Assembly: GCF_009914755.1 (NCBI RefSeq)
Contig: NC_060938.1
Length of the DNA: 64,000 nt
From: the human T2T-CHM13v2.0 reference genome, Homo sapiens
Reading direction: 5' to 3' (one strand)
Below the pieces are notes generated by a model that did not search any database, was not told the origin of the DNA, and saw only the letters and a program-made list of their open reading frames with translations. The first letter of the stretch is position 1; every line of letters starts with the position of its first letter. This document shows positions 1-14,075 of the stretch, piece by piece. Made by a program: the position numbers and the translations under genes.

Positions 1-2534
1 TTAAAAAAATACGTATGCCTTTGATTTTCTCTTTTAAACTTTGGGACACGAAAAATTGCCAACAGGAATAAGAATTCTGATTCAAATATGACCATAGAAG
101 TTATGATTTATTTTGAAGTCCCAAACACAAAAAATAATTGAGAAAGGCAGGTATAACAGTCTCCAACTTCTTCAAGTTGTGTGTACTAACAGCATCTGCC
201 CAGTAGCTCCAGAGGGGAAAAAAAAAACCCAGGACCGAGGGGGCAAAGAGCTCTCTTAATAAAGGAACTCACTGCCTGAGAAAAGAACAGCTAAGGTGCT
301 GTATTGAAAGATCTTTCCTCTCAATTACAGAAATACAAAGCACAGTATGGAACTGTGATTCACTCTCATTTTTGAGATGTGAGCTGCATTAAATTGCCAA
401 AGCCTATGAAGAACAGCTCCAGCGATATGGACCACGAAGCCATTTCAAGGATTGCTCAGGAGTCTGAATCTCATTGTTCAGCAAAATGGTCATGAACAAT
501 TGAGAATTGGTGTGTTCAGTGGGTGACACCATGCCACCATGGCCCAGTAAGGGGAACAGAGGCTCTGTGGTGTGGTGGGCAGCTCTACCAGAGGGGTCCC
601 AGTCAGAGATTTCATTTCTTTGTTCCCACTCCTTCCACTTCCTTTAGCAAGAGGAAGTTGCCAGCTGCTTCACATGCAGGTGAGGCCAAAAAATTATTTT
701 GAAGCACATTTTTCTTGTTATTTAAAACAATCGCTTTCATGGCTTCCCTTAGTTGCATGTGTGAATGAGTAGCTGTCATGGTCTGGGGAAGAGGGATGGT
801 TGAGATCCTGAAGCCAGTTCTCAGCCAGCCTTCCTGGGGTCGGCTTGCTCACTTGGAAGGGACTATACATGTGAACTGATCACTAAGAGGGGAACATCTC
901 GGCTTCAGGTCTTTTGAGGATGGAGTCCGGTGGGAGAGGAAGGGATCACCATGCCTCGAAGAGCAACCATAATGGAGTTCTCTTTGGCATTCATGGTAGC
1001 AGCTTGAACTGAGATCTTAGCTGAAAAACATTGCTTTTGACCCAACTTTTTGGATAGTTTTCCTGGTGCAGGTGATACTTCCTCTCCCTTTAGCCAGTAT
1101 CTTCCTAGTTGACTACAGTCTGAATTTCTATTTTTCCACATCTGTGAGAACGGTCATAGGAGTCCTGCCTGTCAGACTCATCTGGGAGGGCTTGGTTCCT
1201 GGTGGATGTAGCTGAGCAAGGAAAGAAAAAGCCTGAATGGAGAGTGTACTAGCTAGTTTGGCAGAAAGCTTCTTTAATGAACTTTAATTTGGGGAGCACA
1301 GAGTCCAGCCCTGAAAAGTTGCTAACACCTCAGCCTCTATGGTTCCTACGGGAACTAGAAACATCACCCAGCTTTTCTGCACTTGGGAAATAAAATTCAT
1401 CAGAAATATCCCACCAGAACCCCTCAGCTTCAGTCTGTGTCTTGAGATGGGGCTCTGCTGTATTGGACTTATTCTTCAGACACCTGAAGGGCCTAAGCAA
1501 TTCCAGGATGCAGAGTAGGAAGGATGTTAGAGTCTTGTTGGATAGATTAGAAGTTCTATTATTACTGCCACATGGGTGTTTTAGCCTCATTCTTTAGAAA
1601 TTACTGATGTGTTATTTGCACCTCAAACTCTATAGATTGTTCCTTGTTTATAGAGCATATAATTTGCACTTTCATAAAAGGCTCTCTATTTGTAAAATTG
1701 TTTGTGAAAAATATAACAATTAGACATTTTTATCCCGTGCCAAGTGATTTGAATGCCTGGGTGCAAAGCAATGGATTAGTTAATTTTTGTTATTTTAAAA
1801 ACTAAAACCTATAGGAGAGAGGCGAAGGAATAAAATCCTTTATAATACTGCTGTAATTGCAGATACTTATTTGAAATTTGATTTAAAAAAAAATGCCAGG
1901 CTTTTCTTGGAAAGGTTTCTGCTGGCTTTGAACTTTTTCAGCTAGCATTTGTGGGGAGCTGGTTGGAGTCACCTGGTGCAGATTCCTGAAACAGACATCA
2001 CAATGAACATATTCCCAGCTGACCAAGTGGCTTAAGCGCTCCACGATAAGCAGGTGTGGTGCTGATACCCAAATTGAAATAGTGCTCTACTTTATGATTT
2101 GGGGCTAAGCAGCGAAGCAGGATCAGAATAAGGACAAAGAGAGGCTTATAAATTTTCAGCCCTAATGCCCTTTTCCATGAGATCGTTAGATCAAAGAGAA
2201 AGCTGGAGTATTAGGATTTAGGGTCAGTGAGACTGGCCTGAATTATGTGATTCCGTACTGTGCTGGGGAAAAAGAATCACTAGATATGCTTTGAACAACT
2301 GAGATAAATAGGTTTTTCCATCACTTAGAGGAGAGTGGGCTTGAGCCCCACAACTCTCTCTTTAGTTTCCTTAAATCAGGAGGGCAAGTTGTGATCTCCT
2401 TTGATAGTATCTCCGGACTTTTAAAGCAGGTCACTCACGCCAAATGTATGTATCTGGCACTTTCTTTTCTGTAAAGTGGTGATCTCATGGGAGATTGTAG
2501 GAGAAAAAAATGAGAAGTCAAGAGTGGTGCTGGT

Positions 2535-2841
<307 letters not shown>

Positions 2842-3379
2842 TCATTCCGTGCACCTGGCACACCTGACACGTGGTAGGTCCCAATTCAGTGAGCATTTAT
2901 TGCATTTGCACTTATTGGTCCTTCATGTGTCAGGCAAGGTGCAGATTATAACATGCTGTCCCTGCCCTCAAGACACTTATAACTTTTTGCTTGCTCCTTA
3001 TAACTTTTTTGGAGACCAGAAGGCACTGGTGTTACACCTCAATGATCTCAGGACTCAATTAAGCAATTAGTTACCTGCCTTGTGCCTAATTCCACACTAG
3101 TGCTCTTCCTTATCAGATATTATTCTAGCCTTCAAGAAACTTGGCTTGAGACAAGAAAGGATTAGAAAAATAATACCTGAGCAAATATCATGGAATGCTG
3201 TAGCAATCAGGCACCCAAAGGCTGCTACTGCATGAAGATTTTGTCCACAAGGAAGGCAATATTGTGCTTTGTGGAGGAAGTCAAAGCTCTTCCATCTTCC
3301 CTCCCTCCCTTTGCTCCCCAGGTGCAGAGTTGCTTCAGCAGCTTTCTTCGTGTTAGTAATTGGCTCTGAATACTTTCTG

Positions 3380-4515
3380 GTATTCATTAGTTCATTTATT
3401 TCATAGCTTCAACAAAATCTCTGTGCCTTCCATGTGTGAGGTATTGTGCTAGGGCAGGGAGAAGGAGCAGAGAGGAAGACAATGCTTACTTTCATGTAGG
3501 AGAGATGGATGTTAAACACATAATTACATACTGAGTTAATTGTATTTGTGTTAAATGGATGAAAGGCAAACTACATATTATAGGACCATATCACAGAGGA
3601 TTTGCCATGGTTTGGAGAATCGGGGAGTTTTTGGAGTGAAGGATGTTTGAGCTGAACTTTGAAGGATGAGTAGGAATTAACTAGGGGAGGAACAGGGGGA
3701 AACATTTAGACAGAAGGAACAGCATGTGCAGAGGCCAGGCAGGCAAGACCATGAGGGGACTTCATGGATCTTAGTTATTGCTTTTACAATGAGAAGCCTT
3801 CTGAGAATAAGAGGTAGCACAGTGAGATGAGCTAATTTGCCTTTTTTTTTTTTTTTTTTTTTTTGAGACAGGGTCTGGCTCTGTTGCCTAGGCTGGGTTG
3901 CGGTGGTGCTATCATGGCTCTCTGCAGCCTCAAACTCCTGGGCTCAAGTGATCCTCCCACCTCAGCCTCTTGAGTAGCTGGTGCTACAGGCATGTGCCAC
4001 CATACCTGGCTAATTAAAAATTTTTTTTTTTTTTTTTTTTTTTTTAGAAATGGAGTCTCCTTTTGTTGCCCAGGCTGGTCTCAAACCCCTGGACTCAAGT
4101 GATCTTCCTGCCTCGGCCTCCCAAAGCACTGGGATTATAGATGTGAGCCACCAAGCCTGGCCCTAATTTGCATTTCAAAACTGTGGTCTGGGCACTGTGT
4201 AGATAGTATGTTGGAGGGAGGAGAGAGTGGAGGCAAGCATGTCAGTGAGGGAGGAGACGAAGGTTTCTTAAACTCTGTGGAGGAGATCAAAGGAAGTAGA
4301 CGATTCATGACATGCTTAAGAGGTAAAATAGGACTTGAAGATTGATTAGGTCCAGGGGTGAGGGAAAAAAAGGAGTGAAGGAAGCCAGGTCTGTGGTGGA
4401 AAAGGACCAGCTTTGGTGAATGGTGGAGAGGGGAAGAAGGGATGATGAGCTGAGAGCTGGATATGATGATTTTGAGGCACCTTTGACACAAGTGAAGATA
4501 TTCAGCAGGCACATC
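3380..4515 (-). mobile_element. L2 LINE 3' fragment, interrupted by an Alu
   Basis: Begins with reverse-complemented L2 tail (ttcatt...caacaaa...tgtgctagg) followed by the typical purine-rich L2 antisense body. Confidence 0.65.
3842..4162 (-). mobile_element. AluJ
   Basis: Poly-T, antisense Alu body with expanded central T tract; TSD CTAATTTGC at 3832-3840 and 4163-4171. Confidence 0.92.
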
Positions 4516-4519
4516 TCCA

Positions 4520-5650
<1,131 letters not shown>

Positions 5651-6187
5651 CACAATTTTATTGAGATATAATTAACATATCATAAAATTCACTCTCTTAA
5701 ATTGTTAATTTGTTTTTTAGTATAGTATTAGAACTGTGTAACCATCACCACTATTTAATTTCATAATGTTTCTACTACCTCAGAAGAAACCCCATATCCA
5801 TTAACAATCACTTCCCCATTCTCCCTCTCCCCAACCCCTGGCAACAAGTAATCTATTTTCTGTCTATAGGTGTGTCTATTTTAGACATCTTATATAAATG
5901 ATATTATATAACATATGGTCCTTTGTGACTGGCTTTTTTCATTTAGCATATTTTGAAAGTTTATCCATGTTGTATTATGTAAGTGGTATTTTATTCTTTT
6001 TATGGCTGAATAATATTTAATTGCACAGACATACCCTTTGTCAGTTGATGGACATTTGTGTTGCTTTTATTTTTTGCTCATTATAAATAATGCTGCTATG
6101 AACATTCATGTACACATTTTTGTGTGAACATATGTTTTTATTCTCTTAGGTATATGTCTAGGTGTGGAATAGCCAGGTCATACAGTA

Positions 6188-6320
6188 CTTTTTTCTTTTT
6201 TAAAGAGACAGAGTCTCATTATGTTGCCCAAGCTGGTCTCAAACTCCTGTGGCCTCAAGTGATCCTTCTGCTCTACTCTTGAATAACTGGGATTACAGGC
6301 ACCAGCTTCAGTGTCTGGCC
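6188..6320 (-). mobile_element. FLAM / Alu monomer
   Basis: T tract plus a single antisense Alu arm. Confidence 0.8.
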
Positions 6321-6564
6321 CATATAAAAATTTGATGTTTAACATTTTAAGGAACTGCCAAATTATTTTTCAAAGCAGTGGCACCACCAGCAGTTCCCAC
6401 CAGCAATGTATAAGGCTTCCAGTTTCTCCATATCCTCAACTCTTGCTGTCTATCTTTCTTACTTTAGTCATCCTAGTGGATATGAAGTGATATTTCATTG
6501 TGGTTTTGATTTGCGTTTTACTGATGGCTAATGATGTTGAGCATCTTTTCATGTGCTTACTGGC

Positions 6565-6952
6565 TACTATGATTTGAACGTATGTGTCCCTTCAAAATTC
6601 ATATATTGGAAATTAAACCCTAACATGATGGCATGAAAAGGTGGGGCCTTTAGGAGTGATTAAGTCCTGAGGGCAGAGCCCTTGTGAATGGGATTGGTGA
6701 TCTTATAAAAAGGCTAGAGGAAACTAGCTAGACTCTTTTGCCCTTCTGCCTTACACCACGTGACGGTGCAGTGTTCATCCCCTCTGGAGGGTACCCCAAC
6801 AAGAGACAGAGACCAGGCCCTTGGACACTGAACCTGCCAGTGCCTTGATCTTGGACTTTCAGCCTCCACAACTGTGAGAAATAAACTTTTGTTCTTTGTA
6901 AATTACCCAATCTCAGGTAATTTGTTATAGCAGCACAAATTGACTAAGACAC
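6565..6952 (+). mobile_element. MaLR solo LTR, MST family
   Basis: 'ctatgatttgaa...tgtcccttcaaaattcata', 'gccttgatcttggacttt cagcctccacaactgtgagaaataaa', ends 'gactaagaca'. Confidence 0.85.
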
Positions 6953-7518
6953 AGGCCACCTGTATATCTTTCTGGAAAAATGTCTATTCTCATCTTTTGT
7001 TCATTTTCAAATTAGGTTGTCTTTTTATTGTAAGATTTCTTTATACATTATGGATACAAGTTGCTTATCAGATGTATGATTTGCAAATATTTTCCCATTA
7101 CATATATTGCATTTCAACTTTCTTGATGGTGTACTTTGAAGCACAAAAGCTTTTAATTTTAATAAAATCCAATTTATCTTTTTTCTTTTGTTGTTTGTGC
7201 TTTTGGTGTTATATTTAAGAAACCATTGTCTAATCCAAAGTCATAATGATTTACTCCTATGCTTTCTTCTGAGAGTTTTAGCTCTTAAATTTTTATCTAT
7301 GATAAAATTTAAGTTAATTTTTGTATATGGTATGATGAATCCAAATTCTTTTCCCTATGGATTTCTAGTTGTTTCAACATCATTTGTGGAAAAGATTATT
7401 CTTTCCCCATTTAACTGTGTTGACACCTTTGTCAAAAATCAATTGCCAGGAAATGTAAGAACTTATTTCTGGACTGTTGATTCTATTCCACTGATTTATA
7501 TATCTAGCCGTATGCCAG

Positions 7519-8917
7519 TGTGTCTGGAACTGGTGGGTTCTTGGTCTCACTGACTTCAAGAATGAAGCTGCGGACCCTCGCAGTGAATGTTACAGTTCTT
7601 AAAAGTGGCGTGTCTGGAGTTTGTTCCTTCTGATGTTTGGATGTGTTCGAAGTTTCTTCCTTCTGGTGGGTTCTTGGTTTCGGTGCCTCAGGAGTGAAAC
7701 TGCAAACCTTCGCAGTGAGTGTTACAGCTCATAAAGGCAGTGTGGACCCAAAGAGTGAGCAGTAGCAAGATTTATTGCAAAGAGTGAAAGAACAAAGCTT
7801 CCACAGTGTTGAAAGGGACCGCAGCGCATTGCCACTGCTGCCTCAGGCAGCCTGCTTTTATTCCCTTATCTGGCCCCACTGACATCCTGCTGATTGGTCC
7901 ATTTTACAGAGAGCTGATTGGTCTGTTTTACGGAGAGCTGATTGGTCCATTCTGACAAGGTGCTGATTGGTGTGTTTACAATCCCTGAGCTAGACACAAA
8001 AGTTCTCCAAGTCCCCACAGAGCACTGATTGGTGCATTTACAAACCTTGAGCTAGACACAGGGTGCTGATTGGTGTGTTTACAAACCTTGAGCTAGACAC
8101 AGAGTGCTAATTGGTGTATTTACAATCCCTTAGCTAGACATAAAGATTCTCCAAGTCCCCACCAGATTAGCTAGATACAGAGTGCTGATTGGTGCATTTA
8201 CAAACCTTGAGCTAGGCACAGGGTGCTGATTGGTGTATTTACAATCCCTTAGCTAGACATAAAGGTTCTCCAAGTCCCCGCTAGACTCAGGAGCCTAGCT
8301 GGCTTCACCTAGTGGATCCCACACCCGTGGCCCCAGGTGGAGATGCCTGCCAGTCCCACGCTGTGGGCCTGCACTCCTCAGCCTTTGGGTGGTCGATGGG
8401 ACCGGGTGCTGTGGAGCAGGGGGCAGGACATGTCAGGGAGGCTCGGGCTGCACAGGAGCCCACCGCGGCCGGCTGGGGGAGGCTCAGGCATGGTGGGCTG
8501 CAGGTCCTGAGCTCTGCCCCGTGGGGAGGCAGCTGAGGCCCGGTGAGAATTCGAGTGCAGCCACTGCTGGGGGACCAGGCGCACCCTCCATAGCTGCTGG
8601 CCCAGGTGCTAAGCTCCTCACTGCCTGGGGCCGGCCGGCCGCTCCAAGTGTGGGGCCCGCTGTGCCCACGCCCACCTGGAACTCATGCTGGCCCACAAGC
8701 GTGTGCGCAGCCCCAGTTCCCACCCGCACCTCTGCCTCCACACCTCCCCGCAAGCTGAGGGAGCCACCTCCGGCCTCGGCCAGCCCAGAGAGGGGCTCCC
8801 ACAGTGCAGCGGCGGGCTGAAGGGCTCCTCAAGTGTGGCCACAGTGGGTGCCGAGGCCAAGGAGGCGCCGAGAGTGGGCGAGGGCTGCGAGGGCCGCCAG
8901 CAGGCTGTCACCTCTCA
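7519..8917 (-). mobile_element. LTR12C (ERV9) solo LTR
   Basis: Minus strand starts TGAGAGGTGACAGC and ends ...GAACCCACCAGTTCCAGACACA; GC-rich U3 and tandem CCAAT-bearing repeats; 4-bp TSD CCAG/CCAC at 7515-7518 and 8918-8921. Confidence 0.95.
7848..8240 (-). promoter_or_regulatory. LTR12C U3 promoter/enhancer: about nine CCAAT boxes plus AATAAAAG TATA-like box
   Basis: Repeated (g)ctgATTGGt units 7889-8234; 'cagcctgcttttatt' at 7848-7862 is AATAAAAGCAGGCTG on the minus strand. Confidence 0.7.
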
Positions 8918-10159
8918 CCACTATCACACTATCTTGATTACTGTAGCTTTGTAGTAAGTTTTGGAAATGGGGAGTGTAAATCCTCTGGCTTTGTTCTTCT
9001 TTTTCAAAACTATTTTGGCTCTTCTGGGTTACTTGCATTTCTATATGAATTTTAGAATGAGCTTGCCCATTTCTCAAAACAGGCAGCTGGAATTTCAACA
9101 GGGATTATGTAAAATCTGTAGATCAATTTGGAGAATATTGTCATGTCAACAATCTTAACAATATTAAGTCTTCTGATCCCTGTAAATATGGAATGTCTTT
9201 GCATTTACATTGACCTTTAATTACTTTAGACAATGTTTTGTAGTTTTCAGAGTATAATTTTTTACTTTTTAAAAAAATTTATTAGTGTTAATATTTTATT
9301 GTTTCTGATGCTACTATAAATGGATTTTTTTGTTAATTTTCAGATTAGTTATTGCAAGTGTATAGAAATTCAACTGATGTTTGTATACTGATCTTGTATC
9401 TTGAAACTGCTGAACTTGTTCATTAGCACAAAATATTTTCGGTGGATTTCTTAGGATTTTCTATATATAAGATCAGGTCATCTGTGAATAGAAACAATTT
9501 TACTGCTTCCTCTCCAATCTGGATGCCTTTTATTTCTTTTTCTTGCCTACTTGCTCTGGCTAGTACCTCCAGGATAATGTTGAATAGAAGTATCAAGAAC
9601 GAACATCCTTGTCTTATTCCTGATCTTAGGGGAAGGCATCCTGTCTTTTACCACTCAGTTGTGGGTTTTTTAGATGCCCTTTATCTGGTTGAGGAAGTTC
9701 CCTTCTATTCTTAGTTTTCTGACTGGTTTTACTATGAAAGAGTGTTGGACTTTTTGAAATGCTCTTTAAATTGTTTGCCAAATTATTCTTACCTGATACT
9801 GTCATTATAATACATAGTTATAGCCACCTCTCCAGGTAGCTCTAAGCCTGAGATGACAGGGTCAACTCATTATACATCTTTGTATTTTCAGAGCCATGAA
9901 TAGTGCCTGTCACTGAATAGATGTACAATAAATGCCTACATAGTAAACCAACAAATAAATGCTACCAGGCACTGTTTGATAGGTTTAATGCCAAATAAGT
10001 GATGTGGAGTAGATAACAAAGAAGAAACTAGAAGAAGTGAGCCATTGTCCTAGCTTAAATACTCTCAAACTGGCTTGGTTTATGACATACAGAGATACAA
10101 CACTTTATTTTCCTCATCTCCATGTTAATTTATAAGTATTCAGGATTCAATCTTTTTTG

Positions 10160-10232
10160 CGGGGGGAGGTGGTTGGGTTGCCACTGTTCTCCATCCTGGA
10201 CAACAGAGCAAGACACGGTTGCAAAAAAAAAA
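10160..10232 (+). mobile_element. Alu 3' fragment
   Basis: 'gccactgttctccatcctggacaacagagcaagac' plus A tail. Confidence 0.65.
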
Positions 10233-10363
10233 ATAGGCAAGTTGAAGCAAAGTTTTCCAAATTATTAAAAAGATGAATACAGTGAATAATGTTTTATCAT
10301 TGTTTGCAACCCAACACATACATTATGACAAGACAACACACTATGACTTTTACTTAAATGTTA

Positions 10364-10590
<227 letters not shown>

Positions 10591-10592
10591 GA

Positions 10593-10907
<315 letters not shown>

Positions 10908-11822
10908 AAGAGTGAGGTCAGGAAACAGTGGGTGACTGTCAGGCACACAGGCCTCCTGACATGCAGGTCAGCAGGTCTCCACTTACAGGTACCGCCCCAT
11001 CTCAAAAAGAATAGAATCTCCAGAAAGAAAGGGTCCAAAGATAAAGTTTCTGCATTAAATGACTCATAAATGGAAAATACTCAAATAATGTAACATACAT
11101 TTGTGGTTATTAAGAAAATTGACTTCTTGGATTTGAGTTGACTTCCTGGACCAAGGATGACAAACTGGGTTCTTCACATGAGCCAATCTGATCAATTGTC
11201 TGAAGATTCCAAAGCTGTCTCTGGGTCTGGTAGGAAAAAGTAGTGCAATAGATTAGTAAGTCTATCATGGGCAAGGAGAGTCATGTGTTGGTAGCAGGCA
11301 TGCCATATATTTACCATTCCTAATTTAGACACTTAGATGTTGAATGTATTGTGGATTTTCTCTGGCTCTGTCTGGTACCTGAATTCCATTCTCTCAACAC
11401 AAAAATAGCTACTTGCACAGGTCAACCATCTCATAGGAGAAATAAATAATAGGGGAGCTGAGAGCTCCCTTGCTTCAGGTAGAACCATCTAATTGAAAGG
11501 TTGAATCAGTATGTCTGAATTATTTGCTTTGTAAATATACCTCAAGAAAAAAATCATAGAATATAAAGATTCCAATTTCCCTTGAAGGAAATCACACTGT
11601 TCATCTTGGAGTTGGTGGGCATTCCACAGTGAAAATAGCCTGTCATTTATCATCCACTGTACATGAGATAGTATAACATTTTAAAATATTAGCTGATTTA
11701 TTTCTGTCATTATTTACCCCCTTTCCCTTTCTTACCTCTCTCCCAACTCCCAGTTCAAAGACAGAATGTATTATGGGTTCACTTTTCAGTGGAAGGATTT
11801 GACAAGACAATAACACTGGAAT

Positions 11823-12547
11823 TGTTAGCGGTAGCGAATTCGTTCGGGTCTACAGCAACCTCAATTCTTGCCTCCTCAGAAGAAAGAATTTGAAAAAGGG
11901 GCATAAGACAGAGTGAGAGACCAAGGCAAGCTTTAGAGCAGGAGTGAAAGTTTGTTAAAAAGTTTAGGAATGAAAGGATGTCAAGTACACTTGGAAGAGG
12001 GCCAAGCGGGCAACTTGAGAGAGTCAAGTGCACTGTTTGACTTTTGACTTGGGGTTTTATACATTGGCATGCTTCCCGGGGCGTTGCGGGGAGTGGTGCG
12101 GGAAGTTTGCATTGCTTCTCCCCTGATTATTCCCTAGGGATGGGCTGTCTGCATGCGCAGTAGCCTGCCAGCGCTTGGGAGGGGCCGGCACACGCAGTGT
12201 GTTTACTGAAGTTGTATGCATGCTCACTTGAGGCATTCTTCCCTTACCAGTCCAGTGTTCCAATAAAGTCATATACCAGTTAACCTCCACCATTTTGCCT
12301 CTTAGTCTGCATGCTTGAGCCCACTCACCCAACTCCTGAGATCTTATCGGGAAGCTGATCACCAGCTCCAGGTTTTTTCTGTCTACTGAGAGACTGACGT
12401 TCCCTGGCGCCAGCTGCAACCAATTATTTTAGAAAGACAGCTTAACAATGCCTGACCATCACCTGATGGTCACCTGACATTCTGGAGTGGGGTAAGGAGG
12501 GAGCCTCTCCTGCCCCACTCATGTCTGCCTAGCTACCTACTGTAACA
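11823..12547 (-). mobile_element. MER50 (ERV1) solo LTR
   Basis: Minus strand starts TGTTACAGTAGGTAGCTAGGCAGACATGAG; TG...CA termini; 4-bp TSD GAAT/AAAT. Confidence 0.8.
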
Positions 12548-12818
12548 AAATCGCCTGCCAGACACTTGCATTTCAGTTTCCAAAAGCTTAAACGGATTTT
12601 GGAAGCAAGCAATTCTCAGACCATGTATAGCCCAAAGCCATGTTTTGTGGCCCTGCAGAGCACAGTAAAAATTTCTGAATTATTTGCCAATGTTCCAAAA
12701 TCAGGAGAGTTCACATGAACTTCCACATTTCCACCCTCCCTTTTATTTTAAAAGCAGAACTGTCAACACTAATCCTGTTTTCCTTAGGGTAACTTATCCC
12801 TTTAAAAACCAATACACT

Positions 12819-12960
12819 GGATCTGGGCACGATGGCTTGTGGCTGTAATCCCGTTTACTTTGGGAGGCTGAGGCGAGAGGATTGCTTGAGCCCAGGAGTT
12901 CAAGACCAGCCTGGGCAACATAGAGTGACCTCATCTCCAAGAAACAACAACAAAAAACAC
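12819..12960 (+). mobile_element. FLAM_C / AluJ monomer
   Basis: Single Alu arm with A-rich tail. Confidence 0.85.
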
Positions 12961-13262
12961 TATACATCAAGTAAAAACAAAGCAAAAAGTAACAACCCTC
13001 TCCTTTTCACCTTGATCCCCATCCACCTGCTTCACTGATTACTCACCTCTCTGGCCTTTATGGGTTTGGCTGTGGGAATCTGCACCAGAAGGCCTAGACC
13101 CTGGAAGGGAATCATGTCAGCTGCCTTGGAGGCAACACCTTCATGAGAGTAAGTACCTGTGAGGGGAAAATAAAGTTCAAGGGATTAGAAATTAGAATAA
13201 AAATTCCTGCAGTAGGGACAAGGAAAATAACATCGTAGAGTCTAGAATAAATACTATTTCTC

Positions 13263-13565
13263 GGATAGGTGTGGTGGCTTAAGCCTGTAACTCCAGCACT
13301 TTGGGAGGCTGAGATGTCAGGATCATGTGATCTCAGGAGTTTGAGACCAGCCTGGGACCATGTCTTTGCAAAAAAAATTTAGAAAAATTAGCCAGGTATG
13401 GGGGTGCATGCCTATAGTCCCAGCTACTCAGGAGGCTGAGGTGGGAGGATTATTTGAGCCTCAGGTGTTGAGGCTACAGTAAGTCGTGATGGCACCATTG
13501 CCCTCTTTCTGGGGTGACAGAATGAGACCCTGTCTCAAGAAAAAAAAGAAAAAAGAAGAAAAAAA
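13263..13565 (+). mobile_element. AluJ
   Basis: Diverged Alu dimer with internal deletion and A-rich tail. Confidence 0.9.
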
Positions 13566-13720
13566 CTCTCTCCCATGCAGGAGTCAGGAGGAAGACAGCT
13601 GGACCTGCTGGGGCTCCATAGTGAGAAATGACCGCCAGGGCTGCGCTCATGATACATCAAGTGATCCAAGAAGCACCAGAGGATTGGCTCACAGTCCTTT
13701 CCTTTGTCTTCCTTTGTCTT

Positions 13721-13891
13721 AGCTGGGATTATAGGCGTGCACTACCACGCCCGGCTAATTTTTGTATTTTTAGTAGAGACAGGGTTTTGCCATGTTGGCC
13801 AGGCTGGTCTTGAACTCCTGACCTCAAGTGATCTGCCTGCCTCGGCCTCCCAAAGTGCTGGGATTATAGACGTGAGCCACTGTGCCTGGCC
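13721..13891 (-). mobile_element. AluS, 3'-truncated (most of right arm and tail missing)
   Basis: Antisense Alu from 'agctgggattatagg' to 'cctggcc'. Confidence 0.9.
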
Positions 13892-14004
13892 AGAAGAGCT
13901 GGTTTTTAACAGCTGCCAGCACCTCATGTTACCAACACCCAGAGAGAAGACTACGCTTGGTCTCTGAACCACTTAACCCAAATAGCCCCCACCTCACAAA
14001 ATCC

Positions 14005-14075
14005 AGATCACAGCTCACTACAGCCTCAACTTCTCATCCTCAAGCCATCCTCCTACCTCAGCCTCCTGAGTAACT
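14005..14075 (-). mobile_element. AluJ-like right-arm fragment
   Basis: 'gatcacagctcactacagcctcaac...cctcagcctcctgagtaact'. Confidence 0.75.

Larger units (their letters stand above)
5652..9770 (-). mobile_element. Old L1M (L1MB-like) 3' UTR/ORF2 fragment, interrupted by FLAM, MST and LTR12C
   Basis: Antisense L1 3' end 'ttttattgagatataatt...', 'ctatgaacattcatgtaca', 'ctgatggctaatgatgttgagcatcttttcatgtg', 'gaacatccttgtcttattcctgatcttagggg'; sequence is collinear across the insertions. Confidence 0.85.

Noticed and set aside
200-1560. Possible processed pseudogene or ancient LTR
   Set aside because: No recognisable protein similarity, poly-A or TSD; it cannot be assigned without a database search
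7885-8285. Regularly spaced repeats resembling a CRISPR array
   Set aside because: These are the known ERV9 LTR U3 tandem repeats in eukaryotic DNA, with no unique spacers or cas genes
8312-9098. GC-rich overlapping ORFs / CpG-island-like promoter
   Set aside because: Explained by the LTR12C U3 region, where many CpGs have decayed to TG/CA
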